In this document: positions 35,500 to 43,747 of the stretch, in pieces
How positions within the stretch are numbered: the first letter of the stretch is position 1
How the letters are laid out: each line of letters begins with the position of its first letter
NCBI GenBank assembly: GCA_949293555.1
Contig: CASFDV010000002.1
Location: 106,210 to 170,209 of the forward strand
Reading direction: 5' to 3'
DNA: 64,000 nt
Origin: an uncultured Bacillota bacterium
GTDB lineage: Bacteria; Bacillota_I; Bacilli_A; RFN20; CAG-826
The notes under the pieces: model-generated
What the model was told of the DNA's origin: nothing
The model's database searches: none
The model's input: the letters and a program-made list of their open reading frames with translations, nothing else
Position numbers and translations under genes: made by a program

Positions 35500-36138
35500 A
35501 TGGCTGCGAGATATTCCTTGTCGAAGGCGGTCTCCTTCGACTTTGCGTTGGTCGAGACGTATCGCGAGATGGGGCTGGACGAGAAAGAACTTTCCGTCCT
35601 TCTTGTGACGGACCATCTTCTTTCCCAGGAGGGGGCGCTTGTGACCCAGGATGTCCTTGCGTCCCGGATGGCTATGGGGGCGGATGAGATCGACGCCGCC
35701 CTGGCTTCCCTCATTAAGAAAGGGTTCTTCCTCTATACGCCCGGGAAGAAGAAGCCTTGCACGGTTGACCCTGCGCATAAGGCTGCCTATCGCCTCCTTG
35801 AGCTAAGGCTCCAGGACGGGGCGAAGAGGGAGCCGAGCGAATCCGGGAAGAAGGAAGTTTCCAAGGCCTATATCGTCTTGGAAGACGCGCTGGCAAGGAC
35901 GCTCTCCCCTTTGGAGAAGGAGACTGTTGTCCGTTGGGTGGATCACGGATGGGACGCCGGGATGATCAAGATTGCGGCGGAGGCTTCCCTCGCCCAGGGA
36001 AGACGGAGCGTCCGTGCGATTGAATCCGAGCTCGCCGCTCGTGAGAACTCTGACAAGGGCCGGCAAGGGAAGGGGACGAGGAAGAGCGCTTCCTCCGTCC
36101 TTTCCGCTTCCAGGAAGCTTTGGGGCGATGAAGGCTAG
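35500..36138 (+). CDS. dnaD: DnaD-domain replication initiation/primosome protein (DnaD-like)
   Basis: 212 aa, winged-helix N-terminus plus DnaD-like C-terminal domain (…EKETVVRWVDHGWDAGMIKIAAEASLAQGRRSVRAIESEL…); immediately upstream of nth as in B. subtilis. Confidence 0.6.
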   Translation: MAARYSLSKAVSFDFALVETYREMGLDEKELSVLLVTDHLLSQEGALVTQDVLASRMAMGADEIDAALASLIKKGFFLYTPGKKKPCTVDPAHKAAYRLLELRLQDGAKREPSESGKKEVSKAYIVLEDALARTLSPLEKETVVRWVDHGWDAGMIKIAAEASLAQGRRSVRAIESELAARENSDKGRQGKGTRKSASSVLSASRKLWGDEG

Positions 36139-36787
36139 GGAGCGCGCGGACAAGGTCGAAACGATCCTTTCCCAGGAGTTCGGCGAGCTTGGCCCTACCC
36201 TGATTTTCCATTCCGACTTCGAGTGCCTCGTGGCGATCCTTCTATCAGCGCAGACGACTGACCTTTCGGTCAACAAGGTCTCTCCGGCGCTCTTTGGAAG
36301 GTTCCGCAAGCCCAGCGATTTCGCAGGGGCTGGCGTTGAAGAAATACGAAGCTACATCAAGACGCTCGGGCTTTCGAATTCCAAGGCCCGCTCCCTCAAA
36401 GGGCTGGGACAATGGTTCCTGGAACGCGGGACGGAGGAAGTTCCTCATGAGATGGAGACGCTTGTCTCAATACCCGGGGTGGGCGTGAAGACGGCGGGCG
36501 TCTTCTTGATCGAGCGCGATCGACCACATAGCTTCCCCGTAGACACCCACATTTTCCGAGTCACCGGAAGGCTTGGACTCCAGCGTGCGAAAGACCCCAT
36601 CAAGGCGGGGACGGCGCTCTACCGGCTTTACCCAGGGGAAAGGGCGGGCTACATGCATCGGGCGTTCATCACCCTTGGAAGAAGGGTCTGCGAGGCCCGG
36701 AGCCCGAGTTGCGAGGAGTGCCCTTTGAGAGAGCTTTGTCCTAGGCTTCACTTGGGGAAGAAGGCTTCTTCCACCGCCTTGAGATAG
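36128..36787 (+). CDS. nth: Endonuclease III (Nth), HhH-GPD + 4Fe-4S
   Basis: Start refined to ATG 36128; HhH (LVSIPGVGVKTAGVFL), catalytic D, cluster C-x6-C-x2-C-x5-C (CEARSPSCEECPLRELC). Confidence 0.9.
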   Translation: MKARERADKVETILSQEFGELGPTLIFHSDFECLVAILLSAQTTDLSVNKVSPALFGRFRKPSDFAGAGVEEIRSYIKTLGLSNSKARSLKGLGQWFLERGTEEVPHEMETLVSIPGVGVKTAGVFLIERDRPHSFPVDTHIFRVTGRLGLQRAKDPIKAGTALYRLYPGERAGYMHRAFITLGRRVCEARSPSCEECPLRELCPRLHLGKKASSTALR

Positions 36788-37338
36788 TCGTAGCGAGGCT
36801 CCAGCCCTTCTTTGAGGAGGAAGCCGTATTTCTTTATCTCTGCAATTGGAATAGATTTTCTCGGTTTTTCTCTATAAAAGCTGCAAATCCAACTGGCTGG
36901 GAGAAGATAGGTCTCGCCGATCACCGAGCAGTTGATTAGGAAGAAGGCGATTCCTCCATGGCGCATCACGCCCTCGAGGTGCTCGATCTGCTGCGGAGCG
37001 ATGTTCGCAAGGGGGAAGGATGTCCTGGAACGGGTGCTTTTCGCCTCGAAGTCGAGGTAGCGTCCCCTGTAGACTCCGTTATAGTCGGTCGTGGATTGCT
37101 TTTCGAAATAGGCGTGGGTGATCATCGCCCCTTTCGTGTAGTCGACCTTCACGACGTTGATGGGGGTGGGCCTCTTCGTCACGATCGCGATGTCGTGGGA
37201 CCGGTACCACTCGTTGGAGGCGTTGATGTCCGCCTCGAAATCCATCCCGCGGTTGGCCTCGGTCCCCTTGGGAGAGGTTCTTATCGTCTTCCTCCCTCCT
37301 TCCGGCTCAGGCGGGCGGATGCCTTTCGGGTAGTTCAT
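36748..37338 (-). CDS. recU: Holliday junction resolvase RecU
   Basis: Strong similarity to B. subtilis RecU core (…KRPTPINVVKVDY…STTDYNGVYRGRYLDFEAKSTRSRTSFPLANIAPQQIEHL…). Convergent with nth; 3' ends overlap 40 nt. Confidence 0.88.
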   Translation of the reverse strand: MNYPKGIRPPEPEGGRKTIRTSPKGTEANRGMDFEADINASNEWYRSHDIAIVTKRPTPINVVKVDYTKGAMITHAYFEKQSTTDYNGVYRGRYLDFEAKSTRSRTSFPLANIAPQQIEHLEGVMRHGGIAFFLINCSVIGETYLLPASWICSFYREKPRKSIPIAEIKKYGFLLKEGLEPRYDYLKAVEEAFFPK

Positions 37339-38060
37339 TCGAAATACTTCCGGATCTCTTCCTTCAGGTCTTCCGGCCCCACGTTCTCGCCTTTCATAAG
37401 CCTCTGAACGATCGCCCGGATGGGCTCTGGGGTCTTCTTCAGACGCGAAAGGGTCTTCATGTACTCCCTTTCGAGGATGTCCTTCCTATCGAGGATCGCC
37501 TGGTAGAGGAGCATGAGGTTCCACGCATCGTCCTGCGCGTCGTGAGCCTGTCCCTGGAAGTCCACCTCGAAAAGCTTCAGGTAGTTCTCAAGGGAAAGGG
37601 TGTTCCCATGGTCGTCCTCGACGTACTGGGAGAGCCATCCCGCGAAGTCGAGGCAGCAGCGGCAGATGGCCGCGCTCCACTCATGGTCGCACTCCTTTGT
37701 CCTCATGGTGGATTGTTGGATGATCCGCAGGTCGTGGGTCCCGAATGTACAGAAGATCGCCTTCCCCCAGTAGCGTCCCATGTACTTCCGGAAGAGGCGC
37801 TGGGCTTCGTTGAACGGGACGCCTTTCTCCGCGAGGGTCCTGTCTGTGATTCCCGTGAGCCTCTTCACGATCTTCCCGACCTGCCCTTGCGCCTTCACGT
37901 AGGTCCGGAACGGAGGCAGCGTCCTTTTCACGTTTCCGCTCGGGTCGAGGATCGCGAGGACCGCGCCGAGCTCGATCATCTCATGGGTGAACTGCGTTCC
38001 CTCGAGGTCGAGGAAAGCGATCGCCCTGTGGCCCCGGAGCGCGTTCATCAGTGACTTCAC
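37335..38060 (-). CDS. DEDDh 3'-5' exonuclease (DnaQ/epsilon-like domain protein)
   Basis: Exo I FLDLEGT, Exo III HDAQDDA; 241 aa; overlaps recU start (operon). Confidence 0.75.
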   Translation of the reverse strand: MKSLMNALRGHRAIAFLDLEGTQFTHEMIELGAVLAILDPSGNVKRTLPPFRTYVKAQGQVGKIVKRLTGITDRTLAEKGVPFNEAQRLFRKYMGRYWGKAIFCTFGTHDLRIIQQSTMRTKECDHEWSAAICRCCLDFAGWLSQYVEDDHGNTLSLENYLKLFEVDFQGQAHDAQDDAWNLMLLYQAILDRKDILEREYMKTLSRLKKTPEPIRAIVQRLMKGENVGPEDLKEEIRKYFE

Positions 38061-38145
38061 GAAGGGATTTTAGCATTGGTCATTGGGAAAGAAGGGGAAA
38101 GTATCCTTCTTCGAACGCCTCGCTTAGCCCTATAATCAAGAGGCC

Positions 38146-38559
38146 ATGGAGTACCGCATCCAGCTCAGCCCCAAGGAAATCCTCCGGAAGAAGTTCACGA
38201 AGGACGTGAAGGGCTATCGCGCGGGCGAAGTGGACGCCTTCCTTGACGTCGTGATGGCCGACTACGAGGCCTTCGCCGGCTACCGGAAGGCGATGGAGGA
38301 GCACCTGGCCGAGCTCGAGGCCCGGCTCGCGGAGCTTTCCAAGGGAGACGAGGCGTCCGACGCGGAACGGAGGGAACTCCGCAAGAGCCTCAAGGAGCTG
38401 GAAATCGAGAACGCGGGGCTCAAGGCGCGGCTGGAGAACATCAAGCCGAGTGACTCGCCCAGCGAGGAAAACCTCCAGTACATCCAGCGGATCAACGCCC
38501 TCGAGAACGCCTTGTACTCGATCGGCATCGACCCGAACAAGGTCATCAACGGCCAATAG
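38146..38559 (+). CDS. gpsB: DivIVA-domain cell-cycle protein (GpsB-like)
   Basis: N-terminal DivIVA/GpsB motif …KKFTKDVKGYRAGEVDAFLDVVMADYEA…, coiled coil; adjacent to recU as in B. subtilis (ypsA-gpsB/recU). Confidence 0.7.
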   Translation: MEYRIQLSPKEILRKKFTKDVKGYRAGEVDAFLDVVMADYEAFAGYRKAMEEHLAELEARLAELSKGDEASDAERRELRKSLKELEIENAGLKARLENIKPSDSPSEENLQYIQRINALENALYSIGIDPNKVINGQ

Positions 38560-38561
38560 AG

Positions 38562-38903
38562 CCATCCGGTCCAGGTGGCTGCTTCCGGCTTGCCGGGAGA
38601 GGAAAGTCCATGCTCGCGCGGGCTGCGACGCCCGCAGTGACTGCGCCAGGGGAAGCGATAACCCTGGGTGCGCGGGAGCGCGCAACGGCGGAGGAACTTC
38701 TCACCGAGAAGGGAATCCCCAAGGTGCCACAGAGACGAGCCCGGTCGCGAGGCCGGGGTGAAACGAGGTAAACCCCGCAGGCGAGAAACCCAAATTTGGT
38801 AGGGGAAGGGGCCAAGGCGAACTGAAGCCGAGGCCTCCCGTCCTCCGGGACGGAGATTAATTGCCATCCTTCGACAGAACATGGCTTATCGGACCGGACA
38901 CTC
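38562..38903 (+). ncRNA. rnpB: RNase P RNA (rnpB), Bacillus-like type B, compact (about 340 nt)
   Basis: GAGAGGAAAGTCCATGCTCGCGCGGGCTG…, GAGGTAAACCCCGCAGGCGAGAAACCCAAATTTGGTAGGGGAAGG, …ACAGAACATGGCTTATCGGACCGG align with B. subtilis rnpB conserved blocks (GAGGAAAGTCCATGCTCGCAC…, GCGGTAAACCCCTCGAGCGAGAAACCCAAATTTTGGTAGGGGAACC, …ACAAAACATGGCTTACAGAACG). P1 pairing CCGGTCC/GGACCGG sets the ends. Confidence 0.8.
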
Positions 38904-38924
38904 GCGAAGGAAAGGAGGAGCAGG

Positions 38925-39557
38925 ATGAACTTGCCTACGAAGATCACCGTCTCGAGGCTCGCCCTCGTGCTTCTCCTGATCCTCGGCCTTTTCATCGCCT
39001 CCCTTTTCCCGGAGGCGATGTCCTATACGCTCGGCGATAGCGGGATCCTCCTGACGAACCTCGTCGCCGGGACCCTCTTCCTCGTTGCCTCCCTCACCGA
39101 CTTCCTCGACGGGTACCTGGCGCGGAAACGGAACGAGGTCACCGACCTCGGGAAGTTCCTCGACCCCATCGCCGACAAGGTGCTGGTGGATTCGGCCCTC
39201 ATCTATCTCGCGATCCCGAACCCGCTGCAGCCGGACGCCCTCCGCATCCATTTCCTCTGCCTCATCCTCATGATCGGACGGGATCTTGTCGTCGACGCCC
39301 TCCGGCAGGTTGCCGCCGCGAAAGGGGTCGTCCTCGCCGCCAACTGGATGGGGAAGGCGAAGACCGTCCTGCAGATGGCGGCGATCACGCTGCTCTTCCT
39401 GAACGGCTGGCCCTTCTCCTATTTCGACGGCGCCTGGCCGATGTGGCTCCGCGTCACGGATTTCCTCGTCTATATCGCCACTGCGGTCTCCGTCATTTCC
39501 GGAGCCGCCTACTTATGGCAGAACCGCAAGGCGCTAGGCGCCGGGAAGGAGGGCTAG
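38925..39557 (+). CDS. pgsA: CDP-diacylglycerol--glycerol-3-phosphate 3-phosphatidyltransferase
   Basis: CDP-alcohol phosphatidyltransferase motif DFLDGYLARKRNEVTDLGKFLDPIADKV; AAAGGAGGAG RBS. Confidence 0.9.
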   Translation: MNLPTKITVSRLALVLLLILGLFIASLFPEAMSYTLGDSGILLTNLVAGTLFLVASLTDFLDGYLARKRNEVTDLGKFLDPIADKVLVDSALIYLAIPNPLQPDALRIHFLCLILMIGRDLVVDALRQVAAAKGVVLAANWMGKAKTVLQMAAITLLFLNGWPFSYFDGAWPMWLRVTDFLVYIATAVSVISGAAYLWQNRKALGAGKEG

Positions 39558-39558
39558 G

Positions 39559-40035
39559 ATGGTCAGCAGGGAAAAGTGCAGGAGGGTTCTCTCCCTTCTC
39601 CGCGAGAAGGGCATGACCCTCGGGTCGGCCGAATCGATCACGGGCGGCCTCTTCAGCGCCTCGCTGGTCTCGATCCCCGGTGCGAGCGACGTCTTCAAGG
39701 GCGCTCTGGTCACATACGACGCCTCCCTCAAGGAAAGCCTCGCCCATGTGCCCCACCGCCTGATCGTGAAGCACGGGGTCGTCTCGCAGGAAGTGGCCAA
39801 CGCGATGGCCATAGGCGCAAGGAAGGCGCTTGGGGTTGACGTCTGCTGCTCATTCACCGGGAACGCCGGGCCGACCAAGGAGCACGGGCGCGCTCCCGTC
39901 GGGCGGGTCAACATGACCATTTCCACGAGAAAGGGCCTCGTCGAGCTTGCCGCCGACTTCAGCGGCCTTAGGAACGACATCCAGGAGAAGGCCGTCGAGA
40001 TGATGCTCGACTACCTGACGGCAATTTTCGCCTGA
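39559..40035 (+). CDS. cinA: CinA C-terminal domain protein (PncC-type NMN deamidase domain)
   Basis: …LGSAESITGGLFSASLVSIPGASDVFKGALVTY…; 158 aa, C-terminal domain only; pgsA-cinA-recA order as in Bacillus. Confidence 0.8.
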   Translation: MVSREKCRRVLSLLREKGMTLGSAESITGGLFSASLVSIPGASDVFKGALVTYDASLKESLAHVPHRLIVKHGVVSQEVANAMAIGARKALGVDVCCSFTGNAGPTKEHGRAPVGRVNMTISTRKGLVELAADFSGLRNDIQEKAVEMMLDYLTAIFA

Positions 40036-40086
40036 GGGGCAAAAACACGGACGACCATCCTATAAGAGGGATGGAGGAACAAGAAC

Positions 40087-41124
40087 ATGGCAGCAAAGGA
40101 TAATACGGCGAAAGGAAAGGACGAGGCCCTTCAGGACGCGCTGAAGGCGATCGAGAGGGCCTATGGGAAAGGTTCCGTCATGAGGATGGGGGAACAGCCC
40201 AAGGTCGACGTCGACGTCATCCCGACGGGCTCGCTCCTGCTTGACGCCACCCTCGGCGTGGGCGGCTACCCCAGGGGAAGGATCGTCGAGATCTACGGCC
40301 CAGAGAGCTCGGGGAAGAGCACCCTCGCCCTTCACGCGGTCGCCGAGTGCCAGAAGAAGGGCGGGCGCTGCGCCTATATCGACGCGGAGCACGCGATCGA
40401 CCCGGACTACGCGGACAGGCTCGGCGTCGATATTGACGAGCTCATTCTCTCGCAGCCGGATTCCGGGGAACAGGCGCTGGAAATCGTTCAGATGCTCGCC
40501 GAAAGCGGCGCGATCGACCTGATCGTCGTCGATAGCGTCGCCGCTCTCGTTCCCCAGGCGGAGCTCGACGGGCTCATGAGCGAGAACCAGGTCGGGCTTC
40601 AGGCCCGCCTCATGAGCAAGGCGATGCGCAAGCTCGCCGGCATCCTCGCCCGGACCAACTGCCTGGTCATCTTCATCAACCAGATCCGGATGAAGGTCGG
40701 GGTCATGTACGGCAATCCGGAAACGACGACGGGCGGGAACGCCCTCAAGTTCTACGCCTCGATCCGCATGGACCTCAGACGTTCGGAAGCCATCAAGAAC
40801 GGATCCGAGATGATCGGGAACTCGGTGAAGGTGAAGGTGGTCAAGAACAAGGTGGCTCCCCCCTTCCGGAGCTGCGTCATCGACATCATGTACGGCAAGG
40901 GCGTCAGCAAGGAAGGGGAGATCATCGACCTGGGCGTCCAGTACGAGCTGATCCAGAAGACGGGGAACTGGTACGAGTACCAAGGCGAAAAGATGGGCAA
41001 CGGCAGGGAGGCCGCCAAGGCGTTCCTGAAGGATCATCCGGACGTTGGCTTCCAGCTCGAGGAGAAGATCCGCGCCTTCCTCCAGGGGAAAGGCGGTCCA
41101 GGCGAGGTATCTCCCGAAGAATGA
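40087..41124 (+). CDS. recA: Recombinase RecA
   Basis: Walker [11 protein letters not shown]1/L2 loops, 345 aa. Confidence 0.97.
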   Translation: MAAKDNTAKGKDEALQDALKAIERAYGKGSVMRMGEQPKVDVDVIPTGSLLLDATLGVGGYPRGRIVEIYGPESSGKSTLALHAVAECQKKGGRCAYIDAEHAIDPDYADRLGVDIDELILSQPDSGEQALEIVQMLAESGAIDLIVVDSVAALVPQAELDGLMSENQVGLQARLMSKAMRKLAGILARTNCLVIFINQIRMKVGVMYGNPETTTGGNALKFYASIRMDLRRSEAIKNGSEMIGNSVKVKVVKNKVAPPFRSCVIDIMYGKGVSKEGEIIDLGVQYELIQKTGNWYEYQGEKMGNGREAAKAFLKDHPDVGFQLEEKIRAFLQGKGGPGEVSPEE

Positions 41125-41270
41125 TGCAAGAGGGCCTTCGGGCTCTCTTTTCAAAAATCCCTGCAGAACCTTCTTGGCTTTATGGTTTTCGTGGTGTGGC
41201 CTATCTTCACCAAGAAAAAGCGCTTTCATCAGGGAGTGGTCAAAGCCTTCTTCCGTGGTTATAGTCTTGA

Positions 41271-41286
41271 AGTGCCTTAAGGCACT
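41271..41286. promoter_or_regulatory. 16-bp perfect palindrome AGTGCCTTAAGGCACT in recA-rny intergenic region
   Basis: Located about 100 nt upstream of the rny start; no similar site elsewhere in window. Confidence 0.35.
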
Positions 41287-41385
41287 CTCGCGGAACAAGG
41301 CCCCTCGAGGGCGACCGGATAGAACATATGCGATCCCTCCCTTTCAGGCGGGGTGCTGATGTCCGCGCATTTTGGAGGACACATC

Positions 41386-42948
41386 ATGGAACCATGGATT
41401 GCCGTCGTCATCGCGGTGGCGACTTTCGTCTTGGGCGGAGGCGCCGCCGTCGGGATCTTCCTTGCCATCCCCGCTTTCCGCAAGAAAGCCGCGGGCAAGG
41501 AGGCCGACAAGATCATCAAGGACGCCGAGAGGCAGGGGCAGGGCATCATCGCCAAGTCCCGGCTCGACGCGAAGGAAATCACCCTCGAGGCGAAGCGTTC
41601 CGCCGACAAGCTCATCGCCGACGCCCGCGTGAAGGCGAGCGAAGTGAAGGGCGAGGCCGTCGCCCGCGAGCAGGAAATCAAGCGGAGGGAGCAGTCTCTT
41701 GAGGCTCGGGAAAAGTCGCTCGACTCCCGCAAGGAAGCCCTCGAGGCCCGGATCGAAGCCTACGACAGGAAGACCCAGGAGCTCGAAGAGAAGATCTCCG
41801 GGATCATCGAGGAGCTCGAGAAGGTGGCCGGGCTTTCCGTCAAGGAGGCCCGCGAGGAAATCATGAAGCGGGTCGAGGAGAAGATGGCCGCCGAGATCGC
41901 CGCCTACATCAAGAACCGCGAGGATGAGGCGGAGGAAGAGGCCGAGGGCAAGGCGAAGCAGCTCCTTGCGGAGGCGACGGAACGCTACGCCCAGGAATTC
42001 ACGGTCGAAAGGACGACCGCCGCGATTCCCCTTCCTTCCGACGACCTCAAGGGCCGGATCATCGGTCGCGAGGGACGTAACATCAAGGTCATCGAAAGCA
42101 CGCTCGGGGTGGATCTCGAGGTGGACGACACCCCTGAGACTATCTCCATTTCCTGCTTCAACCCGATCAGGAGGGAAATCGCCAGGCGCACCCTCCTTGC
42201 CCTGGTGAAAGACGGGCGCATCCAGCCCTCCCGCATCGAGGAGCTTGCCGCCAAGTACGAGAAGGAAGTGAACGAGGAGACCTTCAAGGCTGGGGAGGAG
42301 GCGGTGCGCCGCCTTGGGCTCCCGCGCCTTCCCAGGGACATCCTTTCCTATCTCGGAAAGCTCAAGTACCGCACCTCCTACGGGCAGAACGTCCTCGAGC
42401 ACTCGGTCGAGGTCGCTCGCCTCACAGGCGCGATGGCAGCGGAGCTCGGGCTCGACCAAGCCCTCGCCAAGAGGGCGGGCCTCCTCCACGACATCGGCAA
42501 GGCCATCGACACGGAAGTCGAGGGGAGCCACGTCCAGCTCGGCGCCGACCTTGCCAGGCGCTGCAACGAGCCGGAGATCGTCGTCAACGCGATCGAGTCC
42601 CACCACGGGGACGTCGAGAAGCGCTCCATCATCGCCCATCTCGTGGTCGCCGCGGACACGCTGAGCGCCGCCCGCCCAGGCGTCCGGAACGAATCGATCG
42701 ACACCTACGTCCAGCGCGTGGCCCAGCTTGAGGAGGTCGCCCGTTCCTTCGACGGCGTCCAGCAGGCCTATGCCGTGAGCGCCGGGCGCGAGGTCCGGGT
42801 CATGGTCGTTCCCGAGAAGGTGAGCGACAGCCAGGCGACGGTCCTCGCCCAGCAGATCAAGGACAGGATCCAGGCTGAGGTCAAGTACCCCGGCACGGTC
42901 AAGGTCAGCGTCATCCGCGAGTACCGCGCGGTCGAGACCGCGAAGTGA
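41386..42948 (+). CDS. rny: Ribonuclease Y (N-terminal TM, KH, HD domains)
   Basis: The start was refined to ATG 41386, which has GGAGG 7 nt upstream. TM anchor, coiled coil, KH (…GRIIGREGRNIK…), HD (…LLHDIGKA…). Confidence 0.93.
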   Translation: MEPWIAVVIAVATFVLGGGAAVGIFLAIPAFRKKAAGKEADKIIKDAERQGQGIIAKSRLDAKEITLEAKRSADKLIADARVKASEVKGEAVAREQEIKRREQSLEAREKSLDSRKEALEARIEAYDRKTQELEEKISGIIEELEKVAGLSVKEAREEIMKRVEEKMAAEIAAYIKNREDEAEEEAEGKAKQLLAEATERYAQEFTVERTTAAIPLPSDDLKGRIIGREGRNIKVIESTLGVDLEVDDTPETISISCFNPIRREIARRTLLALVKDGRIQPSRIEELAAKYEKEVNEETFKAGEEAVRRLGLPRLPRDILSYLGKLKYRTSYGQNVLEHSVEVARLTGAMAAELGLDQALAKRAGLLHDIGKAIDTEVEGSHVQLGADLARRCNEPEIVVNAIESHHGDVEKRSIIAHLVVAADTLSAARPGVRNESIDTYVQRVAQLEEVARSFDGVQQAYAVSAGREVRVMVVPEKVSDSQATVLAQQIKDRIQAEVKYPGTVKVSVIREYRAVETAK

Positions 42949-42949
42949 G

Positions 42950-43747
42950 ATGAAGCTCCTGCTCCTTGGCGATGTGGTCGGCGAAGCGGGCCTTCTCGCC
43001 TTGGAGCGCCAGCTTCCCTCCCTCCGCGAGCGCCTTGGCCCCGATCTGGTGGTCGTGAACGGGGAGAACGCCTCCTTTGGGGCGGGACTCTTCGAAAGGG
43101 ACTACCGGAGGATCCTCCGGGCGGGCGCCGACTGCATTACCCTGGGGAACCACTGGAAATCCAAGCCGGATATCTTGGACTGGATGGATGATGCGGAGAG
43201 GCTCGTCCGGCCCCGGAACTTGCTTGGCGAGCTTCCGGGAACCGCCTCGCTTGAGTTCGTCCCTTCTACCGAAGGGGGTCGCTCCATCGTGGTCACGAAC
43301 CTGCTGGGGACGGCCTTCATGCGGGAAGAGGTGATGGATCCCTTCCAATCCTTCCTCGAGGCCGTCGAGGAGTTCCCGGACGCGATCCATGTGGTGGACT
43401 ATCACGCCGAAAGCACGAGCGAGAAAAAACTCTTCGCGTATCAGGCCCTTGGCCGGGCGAACGTTGTCGTCGGGACGCATACGCACGTGAAGACGGACGA
43501 CGCGCAGGTCATCCGGGGGACCATGGCCTTCCTGACGGACCTCGGACTTTGCGGGAACGAGTCCGGGGTAATCGGCTTCGATCCGGAACGGAGCCTTAAG
43601 AAGGTCAGGGAGGGTGAGGCCGCCCCGTTCGTTCCGCTCCTAGGGGAGGAGGCCGTCCTCGAGGGGCTCTATGTCGAGCTTGACGATGTCACGGGAGCGC
43701 CCCTTTATCTTGAAGACGTGAAAGCGAGGTGCCGTATCGATGGCTGA
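42950..43747 (+). CDS. ymdB: YmdB-type 2',3'-cyclic-nucleotide phosphodiesterase (metallophosphoesterase, TIGR00282)
   Basis: MKLLLLGDVVGEAG…VVNGENASFGAG… ; rny-ymdB pairing as in Bacillus. Confidence 0.85.
   Translation: MKLLLLGDVVGEAGLLALERQLPSLRERLGPDLVVVNGENASFGAGLFERDYRRILRAGADCITLGNHWKSKPDILDWMDDAERLVRPRNLLGELPGTASLEFVPSTEGGRSIVVTNLLGTAFMREEVMDPFQSFLEAVEEFPDAIHVVDYHAESTSEKKLFAYQALGRANVVVGTHTHVKTDDAQVIRGTMAFLTDLGLCGNESGVIGFDPERSLKKVREGEAAPFVPLLGEEAVLEGLYVELDDVTGAPLYLEDVKARCRIDG

Noticed and set aside
38080-38995. Three overlapping minus-strand ORFs (38080..38685, 38280..38882, 38546..38995) over the gpsB/rnpB region
   Set aside because: The region encodes GpsB on the plus strand and the RNase P RNA; the minus ORFs are artefacts of the GC-rich structured RNA gene.
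40036-40086. Searched for a LexA/Cheo box (GAAC-N4-GTTC) upstream of recA
   Set aside because: Only GGAACAAGAAC (no inverted GTTC) is present; AGAACATATGCGAT at about 41318 also fails the 3' half. No SOS box called.
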